Part shown: one piece after another, positions 12,213-24,480 of the stretch | How the letters are laid out: every line of letters starts with the position of its first letter | Position numbering within the stretch: position 1 is the first letter of the stretch | Source: Camelus ferus | Taxonomy: Eukaryota | DNA: 64,000 bases | Reading direction: 5' to 3' | Assembly (NCBI RefSeq): GCF_009834535.1 | Contig: NC_045696.1 | Span: forward strand, 101,558,001 to 101,622,000 | Position numbers and translations under genes: made by a program | Notes under the pieces: generated by a model | Told to the model about the DNA's origin: nothing | Seen by the model: the letters and a program-made list of their open reading frames with translations, nothing else | Database searches by the model: none

Positions 12213-12460
12213 AGAAACTCTGCAGGACAGAAAGGAGGGAGCAGCACGAAATATTTAACGTGATGAAAGGGAGAAACCTACAACCAAGAATACTCTACCC
12301 AGCAAGGCTCTCGTTCAGATTTGATGGAGCGATCAAAAGCTTTACAAACAAGCAAAAGCCAAGAGTTCAGCTCCACCAAATCAGCTTTACAACAAATGTT
12401 AAAGGAACTTCTCTAGGTGAAAAAGAAAAGGCCAGAACTAGAAACTAGAGAACGACGTTT
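12209..12460 (+). mobile_element. LINE-1 ORF1 C-terminal fragment, inverted relative to the adjoining 3' segment
   Basis: Translates as MKGRNLQPRILYPARLSFRFDGAIKSFTNKQK, the conserved L1 ORF1p C-terminal domain; ORF1 stop TAG at 12414-12416; frameshifted. Confidence 0.92.
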
Positions 12461-13844
12461 ACTTTTTAATTTAGGTTGTATAGCCCATATTCTTCTGAAA
12501 GCATTTAAATTGCCTTGCAAGGCAAACATCATATAAAATGGACCAATTAGGAACAAAAGAGTTTCAATCGTACGCACGGAGATCTCATCCCTTGCTTGAA
12601 GCAAGGAGAAATCATCCCAGTTCAGGCTGAGCAGAACGGAGCTCCGCATTTTCTACCAGCTGAAACACCAAAGGAAACATGTTGAACTACATTCTTTTCA
12701 TTATCAGACAAACAAAAAGTACACACAACTGTCTCTGTAGTCTGAGCCACTTCCTGGAATGAAACTCAAGGAGTTTATGACATGAAACCTTGTAGAAAAC
12801 ACAGCAAGTAACACATCACTTCAATTATGTGATTATAACATTATGTGATTACAAAAATTCCATTCAGACCACCCTTTGTAAAAACAGCATGCTATACAGA
12901 ATGCAATGAAAGCACTGGGGAGAGAAGGGAAGACAAGGTAGTCTGGAGCCTGACATTCTCAGGATCTAAATTAAGATGGGGGATAATTTTGAACAGTGAA
13001 ACAATGAATGTGTCTATTAGACTCTCTCAAATACCAGATTCCTTAGGTAATGCTGGCTGAGGCTATATTATTGTCATTTCATGATTACAACTCTCACAAG
13101 AAACTGCAGTGTAAATATTCTGGTTTGTCAGTTAAAACTAAACCTCCTTGCTTTAGTTATTAGTCAAGATTTGTCATTTTTGTCAACAGTCACATTTGTT
13201 CTCATCATAAACAAGTAGTCTCACTCACCACAGCAGGGATGCCAGCCAGCCTAAGAACAACTGTTTTCCTTACAATTGGCCTTGGATAGGATCTCAGTAA
13301 AGATGCTATCATTTGTATCTTCTAACAGGAAGAAAAAATTTCACTGTGAAAGTTTTATTTTTTAAAGCCTAAACAACTTTGTTTTGTTTTATGATTAGTT
13401 ATTCTCATCCACTGAAGAAACTCAGTGTTAAACCTCTTAAATATTAAATAGTAAGAATAACACTGAACTAAAGACCCCATTGTTGTAAGCCAGCTGGAAA
13501 AATGTACCTTTATGTAACTACACAAACCCAAGCTGTCAGTTGGATTAATCTTGATTATTTAAACATTGATGAGTGTCCAGATTATTTCAATTTATATTTA
13601 ATGGATGCAGAGTTGTTCTTTCATGTAATGACTTGCTAATAGTCTATATCTTAAGATCCTTTCTGTTTAAAATGATCAATCTAGAGCTATGAGAAGTTTT
13701 TCTTTGTGCAGTATATACTAGAACATGCCCCTAGCTCTCCTAACAACTGTCCATATGGGATAGATAACCACTAAAAGGGAACAAAAGGAGTACTACTGAG
13801 ACATAACTTGTTGTCTGCATTATGCGTTAAGATTCCATCTGTTA

Positions 13845-14100
13845 GATTTCCACTTTTGGCCATAATGTAGTAATTTGAACCCACTCGCTTTCCCACCAAA
13901 AACAATGAAAAAAACTGGATAAAATATACAAAATAACTCTGTAGATACTGGACGACACACAAGGCAGGACTGGGATCCCTGCGAGAAGGAAAACAAATGA
14001 GATGGCCCTACAGTCACTCTAGTTGTTGCCTGATAGCACTTTCCAGGCTGCAGCACAGGGAGGGAGTCCCACACGAGCACAGCCGGGCCTCACCAGTTCA
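13845..14100 (+). mobile_element. Ancient L1 (L1M-type) 5' end fragment
   Basis: gatttccacttttggcc...aaaactggataaaatatacaaaataac...ttccaggctgcagcacagggaggg. Confidence 0.6.
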
Positions 14101-14279
14101 TGGTAAATGTGAGTTCAACTATCTGTACTCACTATTTTATCCCAGTAGTTAATATTTCGACTTTTAATGGGATATAGTGGGACTTTAAATTCTTCAGATG
14201 ATGTGCTCTGGTAAAAGAATTTGAACTTAATAAGACTTTCAAAAACAAGTGGGTTTAAAATTGGAAAATGTATTAGAGA

Positions 14280-15750
14280 CAGCAGATCATTTAAAAAAAT
14301 AAAACTGATCAACTCAACTGATACAGAAACAGCATTTTAAAAATCCTTCACTAAACCTTTTGTTTAACAAGCTAGACATCAAAAACTAGGAAAACAGAAA
14401 TAGGAAGTAATTAGGGAGCATGATAAAAAAATCAAAACCACTAGTCAATAACAAACCAAATAATGCAGTTATTTCATTATTCTCACTGTCGATGTAGACT
14501 AGACATCTTCCTATTAAAAGCAGTAATCAGACACAAATGCTTCTATTTCCTTTGTGGCTTAATATTATTCTTAGATCAATAAAATGTCTAACAGTAGGGG
14601 ACTACTTTAGAAATATATGTACTAGATATAAAATAACCATTAAAATGACATTGTAGATAATGAAAAAGGAATGGCGTTTTAGGCCTTCATAGAATTCAGT
14701 TTTAAAGAGTTACTATCATTTGTATAATTATAGAATTTTTAGACTTTTCTAGAATATAAAAAGTTAATGATCAGTGAGATAAAATACAGCAATTTTAACA
14801 AGAATTATTTCTGGGTAGTACAGTATTTTTTTTAACCTTACTAAGTTTTCTAAAATAAGCATGAATTAATTTCATTATTACATTATAATTACTTTTTATT
14901 TAAGAAAAAAAGACTTTTAAAAACAGCTACATATGTGTATATATGCTCATATAAACATAGAAAATATGTAGAAGATTATACATTAAGCTAACTGTTAACA
15001 TTGGTCATCTTTGAATTAATGACTTGGGCGTATGTGGGCCACGGGCAGAGATCTCTGTATTATTTGACTTGTAATAGGTACATGTATTACTTTTGTGATT
15101 TCAAAAATCTGATAAAATAAATGTATCCCCAGAGCTATCATAAATAAAATAAAGGACACACAAAGGGATAACTATTTGCCAAAGATGATATATTGGTATT
15201 TTAAATGATTAATAATGCAGATAACAATAATAAAAATGCAGACACACCACTATAAAATGGCAAAACAATATTAAAATAAAAGCAAAAAATACACATAAGA
15301 CAAACACTTGAAGAAATATATATCCCTAACAGCATATAAATATTAGTCAACTGCACATATTTCAAAAAATATAAAAAGAATTTGTTATTAACATTTTGAC
15401 AAACTGACATAAGTTCCAGAAAAGATACAAGTTGCTGAAATTATTAAGCTGATTATTAATAATTAATAAATTATTAATCTTATAAACTACTAGGAAAAGA
15501 TAAATTGTTATTTTTTTCTTGAAAATAATTTGATAATATACACATAGAACTGTTAAGGGTTTCTACTATTGAAATCAGTAGATTCCACTCAAAGAAATCT
15601 ACCCAAGTACATTATTAAGAGATCTAAAGAAAAATGTATTGAAAATAATTATTGCAGCAATGTACATAATGGAAATACTCTAAAGTCCAATAATAAGATA
15701 ATGGCATATTAAGTATAAAGTGTTCAAACTGTGAAACATTACAGTCTATA
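14280..15750 (+). mobile_element. Degenerate old L1 (L1ME-like) ORF2/3'UTR fragments
   Basis: A-rich; tcaactgatacagaaacagcatt, attccactcaaagaaatctaccca, attgcagcaatgtacataat resemble L1 ORF2/3' motifs. Confidence 0.55.
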
Positions 15751-17049
15751 GGTAAGGTAGCCTAATTTTTATTTCTAGTGTCAACTGAAATCTTGACCCT
15801 ATGGAATGACTTTGCCCCAAGCACTATTTAGGCTTAGCGACCAGCTGGGCCAAATTTCTGCTTTTCTAGCCAAGGGCAATCATGGTTTTTTTCAGTTTAC
15901 CTAATCTCTGCTTAAGGTAGAGAGAGGTCTCTCTCAAATAGAAGAGTGATTTCAGCCTTTCTGGCCTTCCAATGTGCTCCAATCTGGTGCGTATCTGGTC
16001 TTATCTGGCTTCCTAGCCTTTCCCCAGACCCCTCCCAGGGCTGTGGCTTTCTCTGCAGGTGAGGATACACAATGAGTCCCCAGGAAGGGTCAGCAGTGTG
16101 TGACTTTTAGACCACAGCCAATGTAAGATTTACACATAAGAATAAGATTCAATGCCATAAAAGATATTTTTGGATGTTTACAACAGCACATACTGCAGTC
16201 TTATTCATAAAAGAAATCAAGAAATGTGTGGTGACATGTCATTGTACCTAAAATGTATTATCTAAAAATGTTCTGGGTTTGGCAATCCAGACAAACATGG
16301 CTTCCAAATCCACCAACTGGAACTACATTTCAATTTTCATAATTCATAAATTAAATAGTAAATTATTAAACAGGACCTATTCAAGTTTTGCAGTAGTTTT
16401 CATTGCAGGGACATTAGCTAGAATTATGAGCTCCATGGGATACAGTCATCTTGCACAAGAAGCCAGTAACCCTACAACTCAGTGACTGATTCCTGCTATC
16501 TTGGCCGCCACCAACCAAATATGTCACAACTTAGAAAGGATTTAATTCTCTGCCATTTTAAAATATTACTGTTGACTATTATTTCCTCAGTGTGTAAAAT
16601 CCACTTTGGTTCAGCAAACATTGTCTTTACCTTGGTTAGCACAGTATTGGAGACTCGATAGTAACATTGTCCTCATTCTTGAGTTGCTCACCAGCTTATG
16701 CTTTTTTGATGATGATATAAACTCACTACAAAAATATCTTAGAGAGAAGTAGGGAGGTAACAAGAAACATTTAGGTTCAACTGGTTCATCTTTTTTCTTT
16801 GTTCTTTATTCACATCCACTAAGTTAACATGTATACAGTGTCTGAAATCACCACAGCACTTGATTACATCTTTATCTTTGCATAAAGGCCAATAAAATGC
16901 CAAATGTAGTTTAATCCAATTTATGACCCAAGAAGTGGATCATAAAGGAATGATCTTTTTTTCTTTTAAACTTCAGATGTGCAAAGTCAAGTTAATCAGA
17001 TTCTTTCCCTTCTGGCCTGCTACCATCTTTGCCAACTCCTCTTCTACTT

Positions 17050-17720
17050 TATTTTAGTATGTTTCCCCATCTCCAACCCCATTCTCCACCATGGTAGTAT
17101 TTTTAATAAATGTCCTTATTGTATATGCATGTCCAGAAATACATAGTTTTCTTGTGTGTGACACTTAATTTCCACAACTTAAACTGTACTATAAATGTTA
17201 ACACAGTCCTTTTTTTTTAAACTCAATACTATGTTGTCCATGTTCTGTGTCTAATTCATCTTTGTTTCTTCTGATATAGCCACATCAGTTCCATCATGTA
17301 CATACACTACATTTTTCTTATCCACATCCCTAGTAACTATGTTTATGTTAACTTTTGCTCCGATAAGCAATGCTATAGTGAGTATCTTCCTAGACGGCCC
17401 TTATGGACCAGTGAAATTTCTTCCCTGAGAGATAGAGTCTGGAACGGGATTGCTAGGGTGGGATACAAGCATATTAGCTTTTCTAATTATTGTCAGATTG
17501 CTTTTAAGGATGAGGGCAACAACTTGTCTTCTGACCATTGGGCACAAGATGTCCCATTTCTTCTCATTTTCTCAAACAGCTGATACCATCCAACCTCTAA
17601 TTTTTGCAAATCTAATGAGACAAAGAAGAACTCATTGTTACGATTTAATTTCTCTGGAATCTGATGTTAAAGTGAAGCCAAACATTTCTTTACATACTTA
17701 GTCATCTGGGCTTCCCTCTC
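17050..17720 (-). mobile_element. Old L1 (L1ME-like) 3' fragment
   Basis: aagcaatgctatagtgagtatc...gggattgctaggg...ttgtcagattgc...taatttttgcaaatctaatg. Confidence 0.7.
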
Positions 17721-17899
17721 AATGATGCTCCAGTGTGAGGCTTGCCCACTAATGGAGGTCCTGAGTGAGTCCCACGTGCTAGAAACACATGCCAAGACCT
17801 ACCTCCCACTTCCCACCTCCAGCGACCAGGAGGAAGCCCAGTGTGATCTGAGCTGCACAGGCCTTCCCCAGCCCTCTCTGCTCCTGGGTGTGTCTGTCT

Positions 17900-18400
17900 A
17901 AACCTCATCTCTCAATGTGTCCCTCATCTTCTGCCTCTAATCTAACCCTGAATCCCTTCCGAAGACACTACATCCACTGTAGTTTCCACAACAGTGAAGT
18001 CTATTCTTTCTCCTCATCCTTGGTTCCAGTGTTTGGAGGAGGTGAAGGTTTTTTTGGCCCTTGTTGCTGATTCCAGGATATTCTCTCCCCCTCGTCCCTA
18101 AAGTCCTACATCTCTGAATCCTGTGTCCTTACAATGCGTCACACCCCACTGCTCGAGGTTGCTGTCCTCTGCTCATACCTGTTCTCTCCCTCACTCCAGA
18201 GACACATCACTTCTCTCTCCAACTACTGTCTGGCACGGTTGAGTACTTCTTCCTAAAATGACTTCCTCCCATTTGATTCCAGGACACCACTCTCTCGGTT
18301 TCTTTCTTATCTCAATACTCCTTTCCAGTTTTTCAGCTGGGAGTCTTTTCCTAAAATCCCCGAAACACTACAGTTACCTAATCTCTCTGAGCCTTGGTCT
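17900..18400 (+). mobile_element. LINE-2 fragment
   Basis: gattccaggacaccactctctcggtttctttcttatctc is a typical L2 ORF2 motif. Confidence 0.55.
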
Positions 18401-18912
18401 GTCTTGTAGATTGCATAGATGCAATGAGGCTTCAATGAAATAAAATTTACCGAACTGAGCATTAACCTTGGATCACAGGCATTCAATGAGTGATGGCTAT
18501 TACCATTAGTAGTAGCAAACATGATATCAGGGGACAATTAGTATTCCCAGGTAAGGAATAATAAAGATGCTGCAGTGATTCTCAGTTAGCTTTTCCTAGG
18601 AGTGCATAAAAAATAAAAGGTCACAACTTTAACCTTTAAAAGAAATATATACCAATAAAATAAAGACTAATTTTATTTCTTGACATGAAAATCCCTTGCT
18701 ATGGAACTTAAACAGAACCAGGAAATTGAAATGCAAAGTCTCACCTTAGATAAGAGATGGTAAAACACACACATTTTTAAAACACCAACATTCTATTACA
18801 CCAAAGCATAAGCCAAAAATTATTAATGGCAGTGATATATTTTTTTAGCTCAGCATGTCTGTTATGAAAGTTTGAGAATCTGGTCTAGGGGAAAATTATG
18901 TTATTTGGAAAA

Positions 18913-19306
18913 TGTCTTTAGTCACAGTGGGCTAGAGCATGTGCAATTATAAACGATCCCCAAATTCCAGTGGCTTAAAATATTGGTTTCTGCTGGTTTT
19001 CCTCACTTATGTCACATGTTATCACACATGTGGCTCTTACTTATGCTGTTTTCACTTTAGGATCTAGGCGGATGGAGCAGTCACTATCTGGAACAGTGCC
19101 CATCACTCTAATGGGTAAAAGAAATAGCCAGGCACACACTGGCTCTGACAGCCACCCCCTGGAAGGGCAGGCATTGCTTTCTTCACATCTTAAAGCTAAA
19201 GCAAGCCATGTGGTTACACACAGCTGCAATTGGTGCAGGCATGCAACCCTTCCACGTGCTCAGAAGAGAGAGAGCTGGATATCTGGAACAGCCCCAATAA
19301 CTACCA
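18913..19306 (-). mobile_element. Solo MaLR LTR, MLT1I/J-like
   Basis: aaattccagtggcttaaaa, ggatctaggcggatggagcagtcactatctggaaca, aaagcaagccatgtgg, terminal aataactacca. Confidence 0.8.
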
Positions 19307-20229
19307 TTCTTCAGTTCAATATTCAGAGTTCAGTTCCCATTTCCTTTGACTTCTTGAATGGAAAGAACCCTCTCAATCTTCAATAATCTTTATTAACAGG
19401 CAGTTAAGAACTTTCTATGGAGTTGCCAGATGTATCAGACTTTCAGTCAGTAACAAATCTGAACTTAGATTGGCAAAAGCAAAAAGGTTTCTTTAAGGTA
19501 GCAAGACTTGCTGATACAAGCACTGAACTAAGAATTGGTATTTCAGTCTAGGTTTTACCACTGATATCTTCTGTGGCCTAAGGCAAGTTGTTTAATGACA
19601 CCATCCTTCAAGAAAATAAGGAGACGTAATGACTGATTGATGCTGGAACATCTCTGAGCAGAGTAAGGAGGTGCTAGAGATTAATAGTGAAATCTTCCCA
19701 TCAGATGGAAGCCTGAACTATTCAGTGACTGACACTAAAGAAGCAAAACATTGACATGCAAAGTGTTTCAAATCCTACAAGACGGGCTGTCTATATTGTA
19801 AAGAGTTATTATATATGAGCATGCCATATTCAGTTCTCTGTTTCACACTGATGGGAAAAGAAAACCTACACGTTCAAATCTGGCTCTGAATTTTCCCTGT
19901 AGTAACACAGGCACTGTCAGGAACTAGCTATACAATATTGTATTTATCACATATCCCAGTGTGAATGTCTGCATTACCTAGTAAAGAGTCCCAAGAGGAG
20001 GGAACAGACAGAATTTCTTTAGAGACAAACTATTTTCTAGTCAGGCTATAAATAATGGCAGGCAGGGAGCCGACAGTGTTAGTAATAACTCGTGATGCTT
20101 TCAGTGATCCCAACTCAACACTGCCAGATCAAAATATTTGAACAATTATAAATTGTTTTAAACAAAGCATTTCAAAACACAGGCAATGCACAGCACAGCA
20201 CCTTACATATTATATAGTTTATTTTCTGT

Positions 20230-23200
20230 TTTCTCTTCCCTTTGTTCTAACTACATAAGTAATTTATACATATTTTTGTCAATGTAACAATTCAGGCATA
20301 AAAACATACAGTCCAAAACCTCAAACCCTTCATTTACTGTATCTCCACAGATAGCAGCAACCTCTAACCTTGACAAGCCTCCTATTAATTTATACAATAA
20401 TGCACACATGCTCATCCATATATCCCTTTGTAAAGTTTTTTTCCTACATGAATGATGGGAAAGTATATATGTTAAAATACAGTTTATTTTTTCCCCTTAA
20501 CAATGGGACTTGCAGAGATTTCCATGTAAAGAAATATAACTTTATCCTATCTTTTAGTTGGCGGCATAATACAGTTAAGCACTATTTATTTAACACGTCC
20601 CCTATCAACAGTTCTGCGGGCCAGTTTCAAATTTTTATTATTAAAGATAGGATGCAATCTTTTAAAAATATACCTTTAAGGTGGAATTTTAGTAGTGGAC
20701 TTGCTAGGTCAACAGTACTCTTTTTTACCTTTGGAGAGACACCATGAGATTGCTTTCCCAGCAGATTCTTCCCTGTACACCCCAACCAGAGTGTGTGAGT
20801 CACCTGCTTGACCTTCATTCTCAGTTCAACAGCATATGCTAATCTAATGTGTAAAAACATCTCAGTTGGTAATTTAATTGCGTCCTGATTGACAATACAA
20901 GTTAGCACATTTTCATTGAAAGATACCTCAGGAAACTGAGATTCATGTTTGGAGACTTTTTTTTTAACTGTGTTTTTCGTATTTTGTTTTCACTAATTTA
21001 TAGAAACAGTTTGGATATTCTGGGTACCAACTTGTTGTCTGTTAAGTATGTTGTAAATATTTTCCAGTTTAATGCAAGTTTGGCTTTATATTTAGTGCAT
21101 TTCATTATACAGAAGTTTACATCTTTTTGTATCCAAATCTGTGGGCTTTGTGTTTAGTTAGGAAGACTTTCCTCTCCCTAAATTAATCCAATATATTATT
21201 CTATTCTTTCTTCAGATCCTGTCTTTGGAAGCCAAGTGTATGGAGGTATTATTTATAGGCAATAAAATTCATTCTAAAAGTGCACAAGTTTTGACAAATG
21301 CATGCAGTCATGATACCACTACCACAATCAAGACACACAACAGTTTCATCTCCCAAAAGAATTCCTTCAAGTCCCTTTTGTCAACCCTTAGTCCAATACC
21401 CAGACCCAGACAACTTCTGATCTTTTTTCTGTCCCTATGGTTCCCTTTTGCATAAAGTCTCATAAATGGAATCATATACTATGTAGCCTTTTGAATCTAG
21501 CATCTTTCACTTAGCATAATGTACTTGAGATTCATCTCATTAGCTGAAGGCACCTATAAATGGCTACATCTTATTGCTGAGTGGCGTTCTATTGTACAGA
21601 TGACCACATCTTATTTTACCATTGGCTGGCTGAAAAACATTTGGGTAGTTTTTGTTTGGGTGATAACAAACCACTAGAAGCACTCGCTGTAAGATTTTTG
21701 GATAAATGTAAGGTTTTAGTCATCTTAGGTAAACATCTAGGAATGAGAATGTGAAGTCATGTGATAAGTTAATGTTTAAAAGAAATTGCTAAACTGTTTT
21801 CCAACAGGATTGTCCTATTTTGCATTCTCACCAGCAGTGTCTGAAAGTTCCGGCTGCCCTACATCCTCATCATTAGCACTTGGTATTATTGGAATTTTAA
21901 ACTGCTTTGTTTCTCTGGCCATTCTAAAAAGTGTGCAGTGATTAACACTGCAGTTTTAATTTGCCTTTCTCCTTTAATGATGTTAAGCATCTTGTCATGT
22001 GTTGTCATTCCAGTATCTTCTTGGGTAAAGTATCTGTTCAAATCTTGTGCCCGTTTTTATTGGGTTGTTTCTGATTATGGTGTTTTGAAAGTTACTTACG
22101 TAGTCTAGATACAGGTTCTTTCTCGGATATGCGTATTTTTCTCTCAGTCTTTGGCTTGTCTCTGCCCTCCCTAAACACTGTTGAAGATCGGAGATTAATT
22201 CTGATGAAGTCCCGATGATCAATTTATTCTTTTTGAATTATGCTTTTAGTGTCTTATCTAAGAAATCTTTGCTAACTCAGGGTCATAAGGATTTTTCTCC
22301 TAAAAGTTTTCTAGTGTAGGTTTTATATTTAAGTCTATGACTTATTTTGAGTTTTGAATTTGATTTATGAATTATATTAGTTTACTAGGGCTGGCATAGG
22401 ACTGGATGGCTTGCACAACAGAAATTTATCTTCTCACAGTTCTGGAGGCTGGAAGTCCAAAATCAAGGCATTGGTAGGTTTGATTTCTTCTGAGACTGCT
22501 CTCCTTGGCTTGCAGGTGGTCCCCTTGCTATGTGTAAGCATGCTTTCCTGTGTAAGCATGCATCCCTGATGTATCTTTTTGTGTCTCAATCTCCTCTTCT
22601 TTTAAGGACACCAGTCAGATTGGAGTAGGCGTCATCCTTATGGCCTTATTTTAACTTTAATTACTGCTTTACAGGCCCTATCTCCAAATACAGTCCCATC
22701 CTGAGGTAATAGGGGCTAGGACTTCAAACATGAAGCTGGAGGGAGGATACAATTCAGCCCTCCCTCCATGAATCAAAGTTCATTTTTCTGTGTATGGATG
22801 TCCAATTGTTCCAGTACCATTTATTGAAAAGACCATTCTTTCACCATTTTTTTTTATGGTGAACCTGTTTTCCTCCTGTTCTACAAGTGAAATTGTATTA
22901 GTATTCTGCCTCTCCTTGGAGATCTTTCTGTCCTTAAATTTCTAGCTAGTTAATTGCCCTGAGACCTCAGCTGGGTCTCATTCTTGCATTTTTTTGTGGG
23001 TTTGAGAAAAATGAGGATTTCATACATTTTCTGGCTTTTTCTTTTCAGCATGGGAGATGCTCTTTTTCTAACTTTATACCCTTTCAAGATCCTGTAATGC
23101 CATTTTAATTTTTCTGTGTATGTTTCACTCATTAAGGTTTTCTTTTATGTCTCTCAGTACAAGTTTATATTTTTCATAAATTTCTCATATTTTATAAGGT

Positions 23201-24480
23201 TTATTTCTTGACATTGCAGAATTTTAATTTTGGTTATTCTGATGTATGCAACAGTATCATTTACTTTAGCATTGCTTTAAACTCTACTAATATTTAGGGA
23301 AATAAATGATTTTTATAAGTTGATCTGGCAAACTTACTGAATTTTATTAAATCTGAGAGTTTACCCATTGACTTTTCTTGAATTTTCTCATCCACTTATT
23401 CTTAGTTTGTAGCTCCTAGAACTATTCTATTGCCATAGCAATGTTTTCCTATATGTCGTGGGCTGCCAGTTCATCTTATTTTTATCCATAGATCTGATCC
23501 TATTTTCTCTCTTTTAGAAATTTAGAGTTTGTGTATGGCGCTGTTGTTTTCCTGTGCCTATATAGATATTTTCCAAAATCTTTTTTGGAATTTCATGAAG
23601 CATCCTGCTCCATGTGGAAACTCGAACTCAACACTTGCTTGCTTTCAAATGCGCCTCCTCTAATTTGATTTTTCCCATGAGTAAAACTTGTTTGCAAATC
23701 AGGTGTATTTTGGAAAAGCACACATATAAAGTTTCTGAAAACTAAATCCTATTTTAAATATACTAGGTAAACTTAGCTTTCAATAACATCTTGCGAAGGG
23801 GGTAATAAGTTGTCAAGCACAAACTCAAAATTATCAAAAAAAATAGCTGTATTACTTTCACCCAGTTTTGGTATCAGGATAAATCTCAGCTCATTCACTG
23901 AGTTTGAAATTTTCCTATTTTTTTACTTCTAGAAAATTTTTTCTAATATGGAAATTATACAGTCCTTGTAGTTTGTTAGCTCTTTCCAAGAAAATCCATT
24001 TGCCTTATTACCAATAATGAAAAGATGTTTCAATCACTATTTTAATTTTTTTAACAGCACTGGTCTAGCCCAACGTTTGGCTCTTCCTAAGTTAATGTTA
24101 ACTTAAAAAGTTATTTTACCTAGGTTTTCAAACTGCTTGCATGAAGCTTTTCATAATATTCTTTTATAATTTTTAATTGCTTTGATTTCTGCAGTTATAT
24201 ATTCATTGCTCAGGTTTTCTAAATTTTCTATCAACAAAAGGATGTCTTTAATTCATTTTCAAAGCACCAGGTTCTGTTTTTTTTAACATCTTTTTTTGAA
24301 AGTTTTCTCTTTAACTTCAACTTGTACATTTAATAATTTCTTTCTACTTTCCTTGAAGTTATTTTGCTGTAATAACTTCCTGAGTTGAGCATACTTCATT
24401 TATTTTCATGATAAGTATATTCAAGACTCTAAATCTCTATAGTTTCTCTCTGACCACTTCTCACAGGTTTTATGTTTCCT
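20230..24480 (-). mobile_element. Composite of old antisense L1 fragments (L1ME plus L1MB/MC-like)
   Basis: T-rich; cataaatggaatcatatactatgtagcctttt, ttcacttagcataatg, ttgcattctcaccagcagtg, ttccagtaccatttattgaaaagac. Confidence 0.8.
22373..22768 (-). mobile_element. Solo MaLR LTR, MLT1B/C-like, inserted into L1
   Basis: cacagttctggaggctggaagtccaaaatcaagg, aaggacaccagtcagattgga, ccctatctccaaatacagtc; 5-bp TSD TGAAT at 22368-22372 and 22769-22773. Confidence 0.9.

Noticed and set aside
12260..12448. 62-aa ORF as a functional gene
   Set aside because: Frameshifted fragment of L1 ORF1p
19009..19386. 125-aa ORF
   Set aside because: Lies within an MLT1 LTR; no protein family resemblance
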